Positions 15,048 through 27,758 of a DNA stretch of 64,000 nt are shown piece after piece. This stretch comes from Octopus bimaculoides (lineage: Eukaryota): contig NC_068997.1 in the NCBI RefSeq assembly GCF_001194135.2, positions 56,828,596-56,892,595 on the forward strand, given 5' to 3'. The translations under genes and the position numbers were made by a program. The notes below the pieces were generated by a model. It did no database searches and was not told where the DNA came from. It saw only the letters and a list, made by a program, of their open reading frames with translations. Positions within the stretch are counted from its first letter, which is position 1. Every line of letters begins with the position of its first letter.

Positions 15048-15854
15048 CGAAATATTAAAACATATATATATATNNNNNNNNNNNNNNNNNNNNNNNNNNN
15101 NNNNNNNNNNNNNNNNNNNNNNNNNNNNNNNNNNNNNNNNNNNNNNNNNNNNNNNNNNNNNNNNNNNNNNNNNNNNNNNNNNNNNNNNNNNNNNNNNNNN
15201 NNNNNNNNNNNNNNNNNNNNNNNNNNNNNNNNNNNNNNNNNNNNNNNNNNNNNNNNNNNNNNNNNNNNNNNNNNNNNNNNNNNNNNNNNNNNNNNNNNNN
15301 NNNNNNNNNNNNNNNNNNNNNNNNNNNNNNNNNNNNNNNNNNNNNNNNNNNNNNNNNNNNNNNNNNNNNNNNNNNNNNNNNNNNNNNNNNNNNNNNNNNN
15401 NNNNNNNNNNNNNNNNNNNNNNNNNNNNNNNNNNNNNNNNNNNNNNNNNNNNNNNNNNNNNNNNNNNNNNNNNNNNNNNNNNNNNNNNNNNNNNNNNNNN
15501 NNNNNNNNNNNNNNNNNNNNNNNNNNNNNNNNNNNNNNNNNNNNNNNNNNNNNNNNNNNNNNNNNNNNNNNNNNNNNNNNNNNNNNNNNNNNNNNNNNNN
15601 NNNNNNNNNNTATATATATATATATATATATATATGCGTATGTGTGTGTGTGTGTACACACACATACACACATAAATACACAGTCTCTCACATTTGTATG
15701 ATGCCAACTTTGGTAAAATCAAAAACCGGGATACGGAGTCCGAATTTCTGAACTGTGTATATATGTTATCCTTGTAACATTTGACTGCACATTTGGTTTT
15801 GCTGTTTGTTCGTGTATATATTTGTTTGTATGTAACCTATTTTTATGCTGACTA

Positions 15855-15980
15855 TTAATAATATTTTACAAAAAATTATGGTATGGTGTTGTTTTGAATT
15901 CACCCTGTCCTCGTTGATTCTGTAAATTCGGGTTTCGGCCACCAGGTCTCAACAAGATGTATATATATATATATATATAC
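15855..15980. mobile_element. Short putative repeat element with an aatatt(t)acaaa start, ending in (TA)n
   Basis: Same terminal motif and (TA)n ending as the elements at 50790 and 51581. Confidence 0.3.
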
Positions 15981-18900
15981 AGATATATCAATCTTTTAAA
16001 TAGTTTGGTCGTTTTTTTCTTCAGTAGAGAAGTTATCGAGGAACTAAATATTTTAAAGTAGGATTCGATTCCATGTATAAGTAAATTTTGGGTAGTTTTA
16101 CGAGGTTCATACTTCTTTGCTCGATTCCTTCTCCAAATTCTTTCATGATTAAAAGAAACACAATTCCAATTTGACATAAGCATGGTTACCATGACAGCAG
16201 ACAGTTTTTATTTTTCTTCGTTTTGTTACTAAACTGATATTTAAATTTAAGGTAAAAATATTGTTGCTATGCAAAAATATATCGTATTTTGCAAATATGA
16301 AGCTACAGGAAAGTAAACTGCTAGAATCGAAATACATCATAAATATTTACGCATATTTAATTAATTCTGTTTAAGAATATTTATGCCTACAACTTATCTA
16401 AATAAACTTTTCTACAGAACCAAACTATTAGAATGAATATATTTTTATAAAAAGTAAATGGACCGTGATTGTAGTCTCTCTTGAGGTAGAGTGCACTTAG
16501 AACCAAACGTAGTTGTTCTGTCGTAGAGTTTACATTTCAGTCAATATCTATAAACTCTTTGCGGTGATGTGTAAAAGTTAATAGTAGTACGTGCAGAATT
16601 ATGAGACATACTATAAAACTTATGAACGGATTGTCTATAGAATTCTTTATCTCTAGCGCAAGGGGCAAATCATTTGTAAGTCGTTCCAATTGAATATCTT
16701 GTGCCTTCAATGATTTTATCGATGCACGAAGAACGATGAACAAATATTAGTTTGTTGGCTGAAATTATTTTAATTTACCTAGACACTATTCTAAAGGTAA
16801 ACACATGGAAAAATTAATCACATAGAAAAACAAACCTTGCCTATCATATTATAAACAGACATTCGAGACACCCCCGTTTGATGATATAGAATATAGTCAT
16901 CAGGATAAGCAGTTTATATCCGCAACATTCTTTACGAAGCGTTATCCGACGACACAGTATCATTCTACAACGATAAGCTAAAATGACTTGGCTTCGATAA
17001 GAAGACATGTTGTATTCTCTAAGCGACATTTAGTAACCAAGCAAAACCAGAAAAAAACCATCAACCTCTTTCAGTATCAAGGTAAGGACATATGTTGAAT
17101 AATCAAACTCTTCTAAAATAGAAGCGTAGAATATATTTTGAGATTGCCTTTTAGGCAAGGTAGTTTGAAGGCATATATCAAACTGAATATTCCCAACAGA
17201 TAAAATGTTTATCTATGAACGACACACACGCTATAAAATTGCTGCCTACTACGAAATATCCAGCACCGATCTCATAGCTGACACGAAACAAAAACAACTG
17301 CCAACAAAACAAAACATCAGCTATTGCAAATATGCAATAGACAAAACTTTAAAAAAAGAAACAATGAAATAATTTCCATGAACGAAAGTTAAAACAAACA
17401 ACTTCCACAACAGACAATAATGGACACACAACAGAACCATGAGAGAGAAAGAGCTGCTAAAGAATTGTTCTACGTCATTTTTTGTCCTAATACTGCCTCC
17501 CAATATGTTGGGCACCAGTGTAACCATCGGAGATACGACTAAAACAAAATATATAAAACACTGAGGGATTTACATAATTAATCAACAATTACAATTGAAA
17601 ATGTTAATTAATAAAGATATAAAAACATTGCAAGAACAAGGAAATGCCTTAAAGGAATTCTGCAAATAAGTGGTAAGAGTTTGGAAATTAAATAACAAAA
17701 ACATGATATCAATTAATGAATGCTTAGATATAATAAGTATGAAGACTTAAGCAACAGCTGCGACTTCGCATATAACCTCCGCTTTTCTTTCTCTGATCTT
17801 TGCCAATTTAACCGATCTTGTTTGATGCAATTGTTTGAGAATTAATTTCTAAGAAACATTTGTAGATGTTAACAAAGTGTAAATATTGCCATGTCTTGGT
17901 GTCTCCCTCGGGGATTTCGGTCAATCATTAAAATGTTAACATATTTCTGAATGACTTAACAGTAACTTCACAAACCAATCAAATATGCAACTTTTAACTT
18001 GGAGGCCATAACAAAATTTTGTATTTGTCTGCTGAAACATGATATTGAAAGCTAAGAAACTAAGGTCAATACCTCATTAAGGTAAACTAGTAATTTTCAT
18101 ATTCTGAAAACTTTGAAACATTTAAAACAGAAATTCCTTGCATTCATTTGTTTAAAAGACGTTTGTGCTATAATCGATATTTATATCTGTACACCACTAG
18201 TTATTAAGTGAGTAAAGAGAGGGTCCGTGGGATTCTAACCGTGACAGATCTGTTTCATTTCAGGTTGTGTTCATCCCAGGATACATTCGTTAGTATAAAT
18301 TTTCTCTCCACCATTTACTTTCAAAGATCCTTGTCACATGAGAGAGAGACTTGGTTACTTTTTCTAACAAACTGTCATAAATGGTGACACCTTGAGTGTC
18401 TGCTCAAATCCCTCACTTAAAAACTTTAAAACTTTCAGTGTTTAAGAATGCGAAGTTATGAATATTAAAGAAAACGGTTTACCAAATTCACTTGGTCTCA
18501 TTTAAAAGAAAATGAAGATTAATGACTTTATAGTGAACACATAAACAAAAATTTGATGATGATGGATAGTATATCAGTTTTGAAATATAAACATTCCAGT
18601 TGTTAACCTCGTAGAACTACCAAAATATTGTATTCTACAATCCTTTATATCTTAAACGTAATCTTCAATTAGTATCATAATGCAAGTGGTCGAGTATTCC
18701 TCAGACGTTTAAGCATTGAACATAGACGACTCACACATACGCACGCATACTTATAAAGACCAACAATTAAAAGCTCTCTTTCGAGTGCTCATATCCTCAT
18801 TTGTAATATATACTTTCTGTTGTAGTGATTTCAGATTTCTATTGCTCTGTAACATATCAAACCACTTTACATGATCATCATTTCATTATCAATAGATATA

Positions 18901-19058
18901 TTCGAAATAAGAATCTCTTCTCCGAAAATAAAGCAAATAGAATTTCCCATTGAATCACTGAAGAAGGAAACAGGAAGCACTTGAAGGTCAATAGCTGCAA
19001 CGGTCATACATGGATTGAGAGTTGAAGAGGAAGGTTGCGAGAAATTAACGAATCATCG

Positions 19059-19099
<41 letters not shown>

Positions 19100-19283
19100 N
19101 NNNNNNNNNNNNNNNNNNNNNNNNNNNNNNNNNNNNNNNNNNNNNNNNNNNNNNNNNNNNNNNNNNNNNNNNNNNNNNNNNNNNNNNNNNNNNNNNNNNN
19201 NNNNNNNNNNNNNNNNNNNNNNNNNNNNNNNNNNNNNNNNNNNNNNNNNNNNNNNNNNNNNNNNNNNNNNNNNATATATATAA

Positions 19284-19336
<53 letters not shown>

Positions 19337-19925
19337 TATACGGATAGAAAGATAGAGACAGAAAGACAGAAAGAGAGCGAGTGTTACATAAGTAGTAAAG
19401 TTTTTATGTTCTTTATTGACCTTATACTATATATATGCATGTATACATACACAAACACACACACACATTCACATAGGTGGATATATGTGAGTGTGTGTGT
19501 ACGTATATGTGTCTATGTGTGTACATATATCTGTATGAGTGTTGAAAGAGCAGTCACTAACATGAATTCACTTTCACGTAAAGGGCTCTAGACGGGGTTA
19601 GACGTTGAGAATGATATTATATATTACGTGAAATTAAATTGCATTATTATGGCCACGTGCTTCGATTTCCACGAACGAAGAACAGTTTATAAAATGTATA
19701 ATTAAAACTGGAGAAACTAGGAAACACGGCATTTCTGAATATGGATGAAGAACTATTAAATTGAGTGAGAGAGCAGGAGTGTAAAGAAGAAAGAGAGAGA
19801 GATTGAGATATAAAGGGGGATGACGCGATAGCGAGGAACGGTTAAGATATAAAGTACAAGGAAATCTATAATTTGGTGGAGAGATTTAGTAGAATTTAAA
19901 TAAATAGGGAAATATAGATGAAAGG

Positions 19926-19957
<32 letters not shown>

Positions 19958-20511
19958 CGCAGGCTGACCAGAAGACTGACTTAAAGGGGGAAATCGACAG
20001 TAACTTATTGATCTGTAAATAAGGTAGGAGACGCAGGTACACTTTAATTGTCAGGAATGAATAAAAGAAAAATGTGAATATTTAGAAATAATTTAAATAG
20101 TATTATAGAAAAGAAGGGTACAATGAAATCATTTTTTTAAATGAATAGATGTTTGAGGTAAACAAAGAAGAATATCTGAAATGCAAAAAGGATAATTATT
20201 GTCAAAGGAAGAGGAAAAAATGTACGTTCGCGATTAATATTTGGTAGGAGACGAGAATTCAGGTCACATGTGAACAGTTCCGTCTCTATCATTTGTAAAC
20301 ACTTGGCCTCAATTTGCTATGTTTAAAAGGATTGTTTTAAAATACTGTGGTTCATATTTTAGAACGATTTGTTCGAATATTTAATGCTGAACCAGAAACA
20401 TAGGCTATCGGTAGCGAGACATTCTTAGTTTATATAATACATATATACGGACACACGGACACACACACACACACACATGAATGTAAGTATATACGTATGC
20501 ATGTATGCAAT

Positions 20512-20545
<34 letters not shown>

Positions 20546-21513
20546 GTAGGTAGGTATATAAATGAGTGTGTGCGCACCAGTGCGTATGTGTTTGTATATT
20601 CTTGCCAGGATGAGAATCATTGCATATATTTATTCTGCAAAGTTGCATTTTATTAAAGATAAATTATCATAATATTTTATCTTAGAAATAATAACACACT
20701 TTATATTCTGGTAAAGTCTTTGTCTCGACACCATTTAACGTATATGAAAATTTGAAACATTATGTCAATTTACATATATTAATATGTTGATTATATAAAC
20801 GAAACTATCATCTTAGATAAAAGAAAAAACAAAACCGTCTCCTGTAGACAATCAACAATTCATCTCAGCTATGTAAATAGCGCTAGTGATCGTTTTTATT
20901 GGAACCCGCCATCGGCAACTGTCTCTCCCTCTCGGCTCCGCTTTCATGTGTTTCACTATGAAAAGAATATTTAAAATTGTTTCGTATTGTTTAATCAGTC
21001 GAAAGTGTGGCATTCATGACATCTCTGAGATCGACCAAAATAGGTCGAAGCAGACGGAATAAACCAGCAAACCGAAACCCTTAGATTCTGCTACGAAGTT
21101 CACTACTCAAATACATTAGACACTGCCTCTTCTGGACTTCCACATATTTTCTAGTCCACAATATTTTACTGATAAATCTTTAGTTTGCTCGACGTATTGA
21201 AAAAGATTTATTTATGTGTTGCACTGAAGCATTGAAATCGAAAACATAAATAACAGAATAAGGATTTCAAATCCCGGTGTTGTGTTTAGTGCAGTATTGA
21301 ACCCGAAGTGGTTCGAGGCCCTGACACCTAGCTTTTCTGACTGTGTGTGTGTGAAACATTTTCATCTATTTTTTTAAAATCTATTTTTGTTTCCTTTTTT
21401 TTTAAATCTATACTCGATAAGAGTATCATTTCCCTGGGCTCTTCAGGTTTGAAAATGTGAAATATGTCTTCGAAAACTAATGACGGCATGATAGTTTTTA
21501 GAAGACTTTACTG

Positions 21514-21580
<67 letters not shown>

Positions 21581-21865
21581 ACTCACTATCTTTCTCTGTC
21601 TCACTTTCTCTATCTCTCTCTTTCTCGCGTAGTGTCAGCAATCACTTAAGAGTTCTTTACTTTGGCTAATATTTTCCTTTTAAAGGATGGTGTCTGATTT
21701 GAAGGCGTGCTAGTTGTTATATCTAGCAGACCTAATGAGCATCTAAATGCTTCCCTAATAGGTTCAATGACTGATGTGATTAGTTCTGAAGGCAAAGAAG
21801 AACCATTTTCACTGTGGTAGTCGGCCATATTTATCTATTAAGCTTGCCATGCTCCGTCCGTGTAG

Positions 21866-21940
21866 TATGAATGCACCTTAAATCTTAATAGGGTAATTAC
21901 AACAGCTGCCATAGACTACTTCACACGAAAAGACATGAAG
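21866..21940 (+). other. Candidate exon (75 nt, open frame YECTLNLNRVITTAAIDYFTRKDMK, or the non-coding 255-nt version from 21686)
   Basis: Strong donor AAG|GTAAGT at 21940/21941. Acceptors ctccgtccgtgtag| (21865) and ttttccttttaaag| (21685). No protein family recognised. Confidence 0.3.
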
Positions 21941-22639
21941 GTAAGTAATTTCAAATATCCGAATTAAGATAAATTATTTATTTTTCTGTTTAACTTGTAT
22001 TTAAATATGCTACCTTGCATCATTACACATTTCATTATTTCTCTCATTTTCTTAGTTCATTTCTTTTTAAGGTGTATGAGTAAAAGCGTAATGAATTGCT
22101 GTAAAATAATTGTGAAATCACTTCTCCTTACACATTTACGGAGCCTCAAGTGTATGTTATTTCCGTATGTTCATAATAACTACCATTTTATTTGAAAAGA
22201 ACTCAACACTGAAAAATATAACTTATTTCCATGAACGTGACAAAATCTTTCGAAAAATTAGCCAACGAATTTCCTGACTAGATTATTTCCAATTAATTTC
22301 CAATCTCTCGTTGAGTGTTCTATGTAGTTATTTTGCTTTAATTTACTCTGTTGTGTTGTTTTGTTTTTCGTTCATTATTTTTCTCTTGATTTCGTTTGTT
22401 TTTCGGTTTTGGTTTGCAAGTTTTTTGTTTTTTTTAAGTTCTTCCCTTTTGCTTTTTTTCCTATCAAATATTAAAACAAAAAAGGAAACGAAAATATTTT
22501 CTTGTATTTTAATTCTTGCTTTTATTTTCATGATTAAATGTGAGATTATACTCGAAGCTTTAAACTATTCAAATCATTTTACTGCACAGAAAACATTCTG
22601 ATTAACTACATTTTTTACACACACACACACATACGCACA

Positions 22640-22680
<41 letters not shown>

Positions 22681-23515
22681 TCAAAGAGACATTTGCTTAC
22701 CAACACAGAAACTTGTGCTCACACACATATAAACATACATATGCGCACGCACGCACACATACACACATGTATATATACACACACACTTGTGTGTATTATG
22801 TGTTGCGCATATGCCTACATGTGACATGTCTGCGTGTGACTATGTGCGTTTGTATATTTGTATGTGGGAATATACGTACATACACACACCTCATTAATAC
22901 TTGTCCACATGTGGCATGTGCGTGTGAGTGTACGTAAGTTGTGGTGTGTGAGTGTGTAAATGTGTTTACGTATGTGCGTGCGTGTGTAGAAATAGAGTCG
23001 CCATTGATTATTTAGCAGGTTTATTTGGCATATTTGAATTAAATTGCAAGGAGAATTCTTATGGTGAGCCATTTTATCTAAGGAACAATGGGAAGAGGGA
23101 GAGATGTTCGTCTTCAGCCTAAGAAACTTTTAAGTGCATTCCAGCACATGTCTGTCGATGAAAGTCACGCAGATGCACACACGTATACACATATACGTAT
23201 ATTCACGAACATATGCACACATATACACACGCATATACGTATGTGCATGAACGTGTCAGTGATAGTAAATCAAAAGTTGAAATAAGGAAATTGATAAACT
23301 GATGTGAACTCAATTGATAATTCTTTTCGTCTTGCAGGTTATCTTATGAATCATATTCAAATGGAAAATGAAAAATCTGCCTTAGATTTTTTTTTACAAT
23401 ATTGAAGAAAATTTCATTAAAGAAAAAAAAGTCACTGATACTTTGTCAAGACACATAGGTGTAATCATACGCGCTCACACGCACACACACACACACACAC
23501 ACACATGTAAGTAAG

Positions 23516-23549
<34 letters not shown>

Positions 23550-23705
23550 TGCCTTTTAGGGCGCATGATAATCATATGATCTATGCACAATTACGTTTAT
23601 CAGATACTTTTCTCCATTTGGCATAGGTATCTCTGACATATATATATATATATATATGTACGTATATATAAATGTGTGTGTGTACATATATGATTGTTTA
23701 CAATA

Positions 23706-23833
23706 TTTACATTTGACGGGTATTTGTCCTCATCTTGTTTGTAGTTAACACAACCGCCCGGCCTTCATCAGGTGTCTTGGGGAAATTTGGGACCTGGATT
23801 CTCATTCCTAAGATATATTTTTCGATGTTATTA

Positions 23834-23891
<58 letters not shown>

Positions 23892-23950
23892 CGTCCCTGC
23901 TTTGAAACGAACCCGGAATCTTGGGGTTAGTAGCCCGCGCTCTTAACCAA
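23706..23950 (-). mobile_element. Composite tRNA-derived SINE: tRNA(Arg)-like head, (AAT)n linker, and tail with a hammerhead-like scaffold
   Basis: Minus strand tggttaagagcgcgggctactaaccccaagattccgggttcg has A-box and B-box-like motifs; aagattcc.ggttcg is typical of tRNA-Arg. It is followed by (AAT)n and then gacac-CTGATGA...GTT-gtgtt. Confidence 0.65.
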
Positions 23951-24354
23951 TACATCATATGCATGTTAGTATGGTGTGTGTGCATGCGCATGAAGATCAA
24001 AGAGAAATTGTCTTCAATGCCGGCAGCAGTGTATAATTAATTTATTTAAACTGAACTTTTAAATATCGATTCGAGTAAAGTCTTTGTGATTGACACGTCA
24101 TTCCGATTAGTGTCATGGTTGGACAACAGATTACCAATTGCCGATGAAAAGAGAAAATTGCCTGAAAATAGGTGCTCCCAGTTGTTTAACAGGATTTTCA
24201 AGCGACCTATAGATGGAATGAGCAAAGGGTTACAGCAAAATTATTGTGACAATGGATGAGAATCACGTTAAACGAGAATAATTAATATAAAATTGAATTG
24301 TAACGATTAAATAGTTGCGTACGTTTATAAGCACACACATAAATTATATTTTCT

Positions 24355-24485
24355 ATTATAGGCCTAAGGCCTGAATTTGGGGGTAAGAGTTAAGTAGATT
24401 ATATAACCCCGAATGTGAAACTGGTGTATATTTCATTGCATGAAAGACATTTTGTCCGGCGTGGTAAAGAGTTCGCCAGCATGCT
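24355..24485 (-). mobile_element. Diverged SINE family B copy
   Basis: ggcctaaggcctgaatttgggg...aactggt resembles the 43836-44052 copy in the same orientation. Confidence 0.4.
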
Positions 24486-26599
24486 GCCATAACTACACGC
24501 ATATATAATACACATAATCTATAATAGGAAAAGAGTGGGATTGAAAGAGAGATCGAGAGACAAAAAGAGCGGATCGTGATAAATGGATTTAGATGAATAT
24601 TCAGAACAGAAAAGGCTGTTTCAGAAACTACAGAATTTTAAGAATAACGCAATAATGTCTGCCAGGATGAGATATTTTTAGTGTTCTTGTTGATTAGCTT
24701 TGGATTAGCCCTGGTTGAGCAGATCGATCATGTCAAGTATTTCAGCAACGAAGAATCAATCTTATACATATTCAACTACATGGATCTGTACGTCCTTCCC
24801 ACTTTAAGGACGGTATCATTTTCATGATATCAAGCGAACTAGTAAAGACTGAATCGTTGCACAAACAAGTGTCAGATGTGGTTCGCGGGGAGAAAAAGAT
24901 GGTTCAGTGAATAACAGCAAAAACGTCATTGAGATGTGAGTGGCAAACCACGAAAAATCGAAAATTAAAATCTTTATGTAAAATATGATGCATTCATTCA
25001 TATCTCAGTATATGACAGGAGTTTGAAAGAATGGGACATATAATCAAATTATAAAAGATAAAAAAATACGAAATGAACTCTAGTGGCATTTGGGATCATA
25101 ATACACACGAAGTTATCTAAATATTAGTATTAGACATAATCCATCCATCCTTGAAAGTTTTGCAAAAATGTGATAACATTTCTTATCTTAAGATAAGGTT
25201 AATCGTTTATAGAGGAGGATATTTAATGTGATGTGTGTGTGTGTGCATGGATGTGTGTATGTATGTATACAGGTACTCGCAGTGGGTTGTTAATCAGTTA
25301 AGCATTAATATAAACCAAATAAGATTAGTTAAGTTTCTTCACGTTCACTTTGTTGCCTCCTCTCAGTATCCGCACTCAAACCATCCACATCCTAAGAGCG
25401 CTCTTCACTCCCCAAACAACTGCGTCCTGTAAACCACTCCCAATCCCCAATCCAGCTCCGTTGACCACAATCTGAGAGGGTTCAAAATGTCGGTTGGCAG
25501 TTGATTTAGTACTTCATGCAATGATCTTCGCAACAACAGAGAAAGCCACTCGTATGCGTAATTCGAACTCGCTATTTTGAGGGACGTAACTAAATTCCAC
25601 AGACATTTTTCTCAATATTTAATTTTAAGTCATTAGCAATGACAGAGCTGATTTCATTGTGTCAAATACATTCCACCCATAACTGTCATATAGTAATATA
25701 TTTAGACACAGTATATACGAGTTATTCTTAATTACCAGAGAAGAATATGATTTAAGGAAAGCGGGACAGCTATAACTACCAGGTTTACTTATTGTGTCTT
25801 CTTATCCACCACTTAGAATGGCAACAAGCAGAGTCAAACGGGAGAGTGGGGAGTCTTTTGACTCTCTGCTCCGACTCACACCTACTCCAGTTTATTTATT
25901 GTTTGTTGTTCGTTATTTAAATAATCTCGTTAGAAATCATAATTATAGTTAGAAATCATTTGAAATATCTCTAAACCAACCCTGAAATAAATTATATTTC
26001 TCTGCTTCGTGTTTTCGCAACAGAGTTATCTTTCTATTGTCTAGAAGAACTAAAAGAAACATCTGACTTTCTGAACAACATAAACAAGAAAGAAAGAAAG
26101 AAAAAAGAATTCAAATCACGTGATAAACCCAGAGACATAATTCCTTCAGAATTTGACAGTTCTATACTTTATGTTCTCATAATACTGCGCTATTTTCTTG
26201 TGTATATTCTAGATAGATTGAAGGTTGAGATATTCTAACACACAAATTTGTAGCTTAAATCAAAATTAATGTACATTGCCGGTTTTCTTTCTTTTTGCCT
26301 TTGTCTTTTTACACTTCTTTTCAATTGCTTTTATATATTTTTCACTGTTTTTATGTTAAAAATTGTAGCAAAAAGAAGGAAAAAATATTAAAGAAATGAA
26401 AGTAAAACCATGTGTCTAGCCGAGATTATAGTTTGATCGGCTCTGTACTTTAGATCGACTTTTAAGAGTATATGCTTTGAGTACAATTTCTGCTGGAGTA
26501 AAATTTACATTCCATTCTCCTCAAATCTTCCAAATAAGAATTAATCATAAGAGATGTTTGCATTTATCACATCATAAACTTAGAATCGGTAATCTCTTG

Positions 26600-27600
26600 C
26601 GGTTATATTAAAAAAATATTCTTAGAATAGCAAAGAAGTTCGCTTCTCAATAACAAAGTGTAGTATTTGATTTTACAACGTGGTATGTCGCCTAATTCAT
26701 GTTTTATAACCTGTTGGGTTCTACCAAGCCTTGTTATTGAAATGGCCTTCATTGAAATGATTGTGGTATAAGGATGTTGATAAGTCTTCTCTTCAACAAT
26801 TCTCGAATCGTCGTAATCCATTGGGGTTTAAATCTGGTGAGTTTGGAGTTCATAAGCGTCGCGCTAACAAGATCATAAAAATTGTTTGATATCCATTCGA
26901 GGTCACGTGAGCTTTTGAGATGCTGAATAGATTTTAAACACTTATGGCATTTCACTGTGTGCTTCATCCATCCAACAGTCTCCAATACCGCAACTACAAC
27001 AGGCTTGTCCTACGGTGAACGTTTCCGGTTACTTTTGGGAACCATCTGTCATTTCTTGTGTTAGACTTTTGGTCTTCGTCGAAATTTTTCGCAAAAGAAA
27101 ACAATCCAGTGATGTTCGCAATGTTCGCGAAGAGTTCGCTTGGGACGGATCAAATTGTTTTCCTGTATCTTTAGACATGAATTAACTTCTCGTCAATCAT
27201 ATTACTAGCATTGAATATCTTCACCCACCACAATTTTACTAGCCCACTGCGACACCTACAGTTCTTTAGCAATGGTCCTCATTCCTTTTCCAGGATTATC
27301 TTCGTAAATATTTGGGACCCGTTTCATAACTTGTGTATTTATTGAGCACAAACATTTAGAATGTCTTTTGATTTTTGTTTTATTTATTTATTTAATATTT
27401 ATTGGTTTTTACATTCGTAAAGTTTAAACATTTTTGCTTGAGGCCTCATAATTCCATTCAAATTGATTACAATAGGTGTTGCACCATTTAGAAGATGCCA
27501 ATGTCCAAATTGCTGTGTTATGTATATAGACTAACAATGCATATCTTTTCTTTTCGTTTCTTGTGTTAGCATTTCATCGGCCATGGCGAATCTGAAACAA
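26600..27600 (-). mobile_element. Decayed Tc1/mariner-superfamily transposase, maT (DD37D) type
   Basis: Minus-strand translation gives MADEMLTQETKR (ATG at 27584), EDNPGKGMRTIAKEL, KNFDEDQKSNTRNDRW, EWISNNFYD, PNSPDLNP/MDY (1-nt frameshift) and VEEKTYQHPYTT. All are in maT transposase order, with many stops and an internal deletion. Confidence 0.85.
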
Positions 27601-27694
27601 ATTAAAAAAACATTTTAATAGGTTTGAAGAGAATAATATACTGATAATCTAGTGTCCTCTAATACCCTATACATATATACACACATATAAAAGG

Positions 27695-27758
<64 letters not shown>

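Noticed and set aside
21024-21054. CTGAGA-TCGACC-aaaata-GGTCGA-AG hairpin resembling a hammerhead core
   Set aside because: Both conserved boxes are broken, and a 6-bp hairpin is expected by chance.
21646-21828. Minus ORF MADYHSENGSSLPSELITSVIEPIREAF...
   Set aside because: No recognisable motif or splice support; the + strand splice signals explain the block better.
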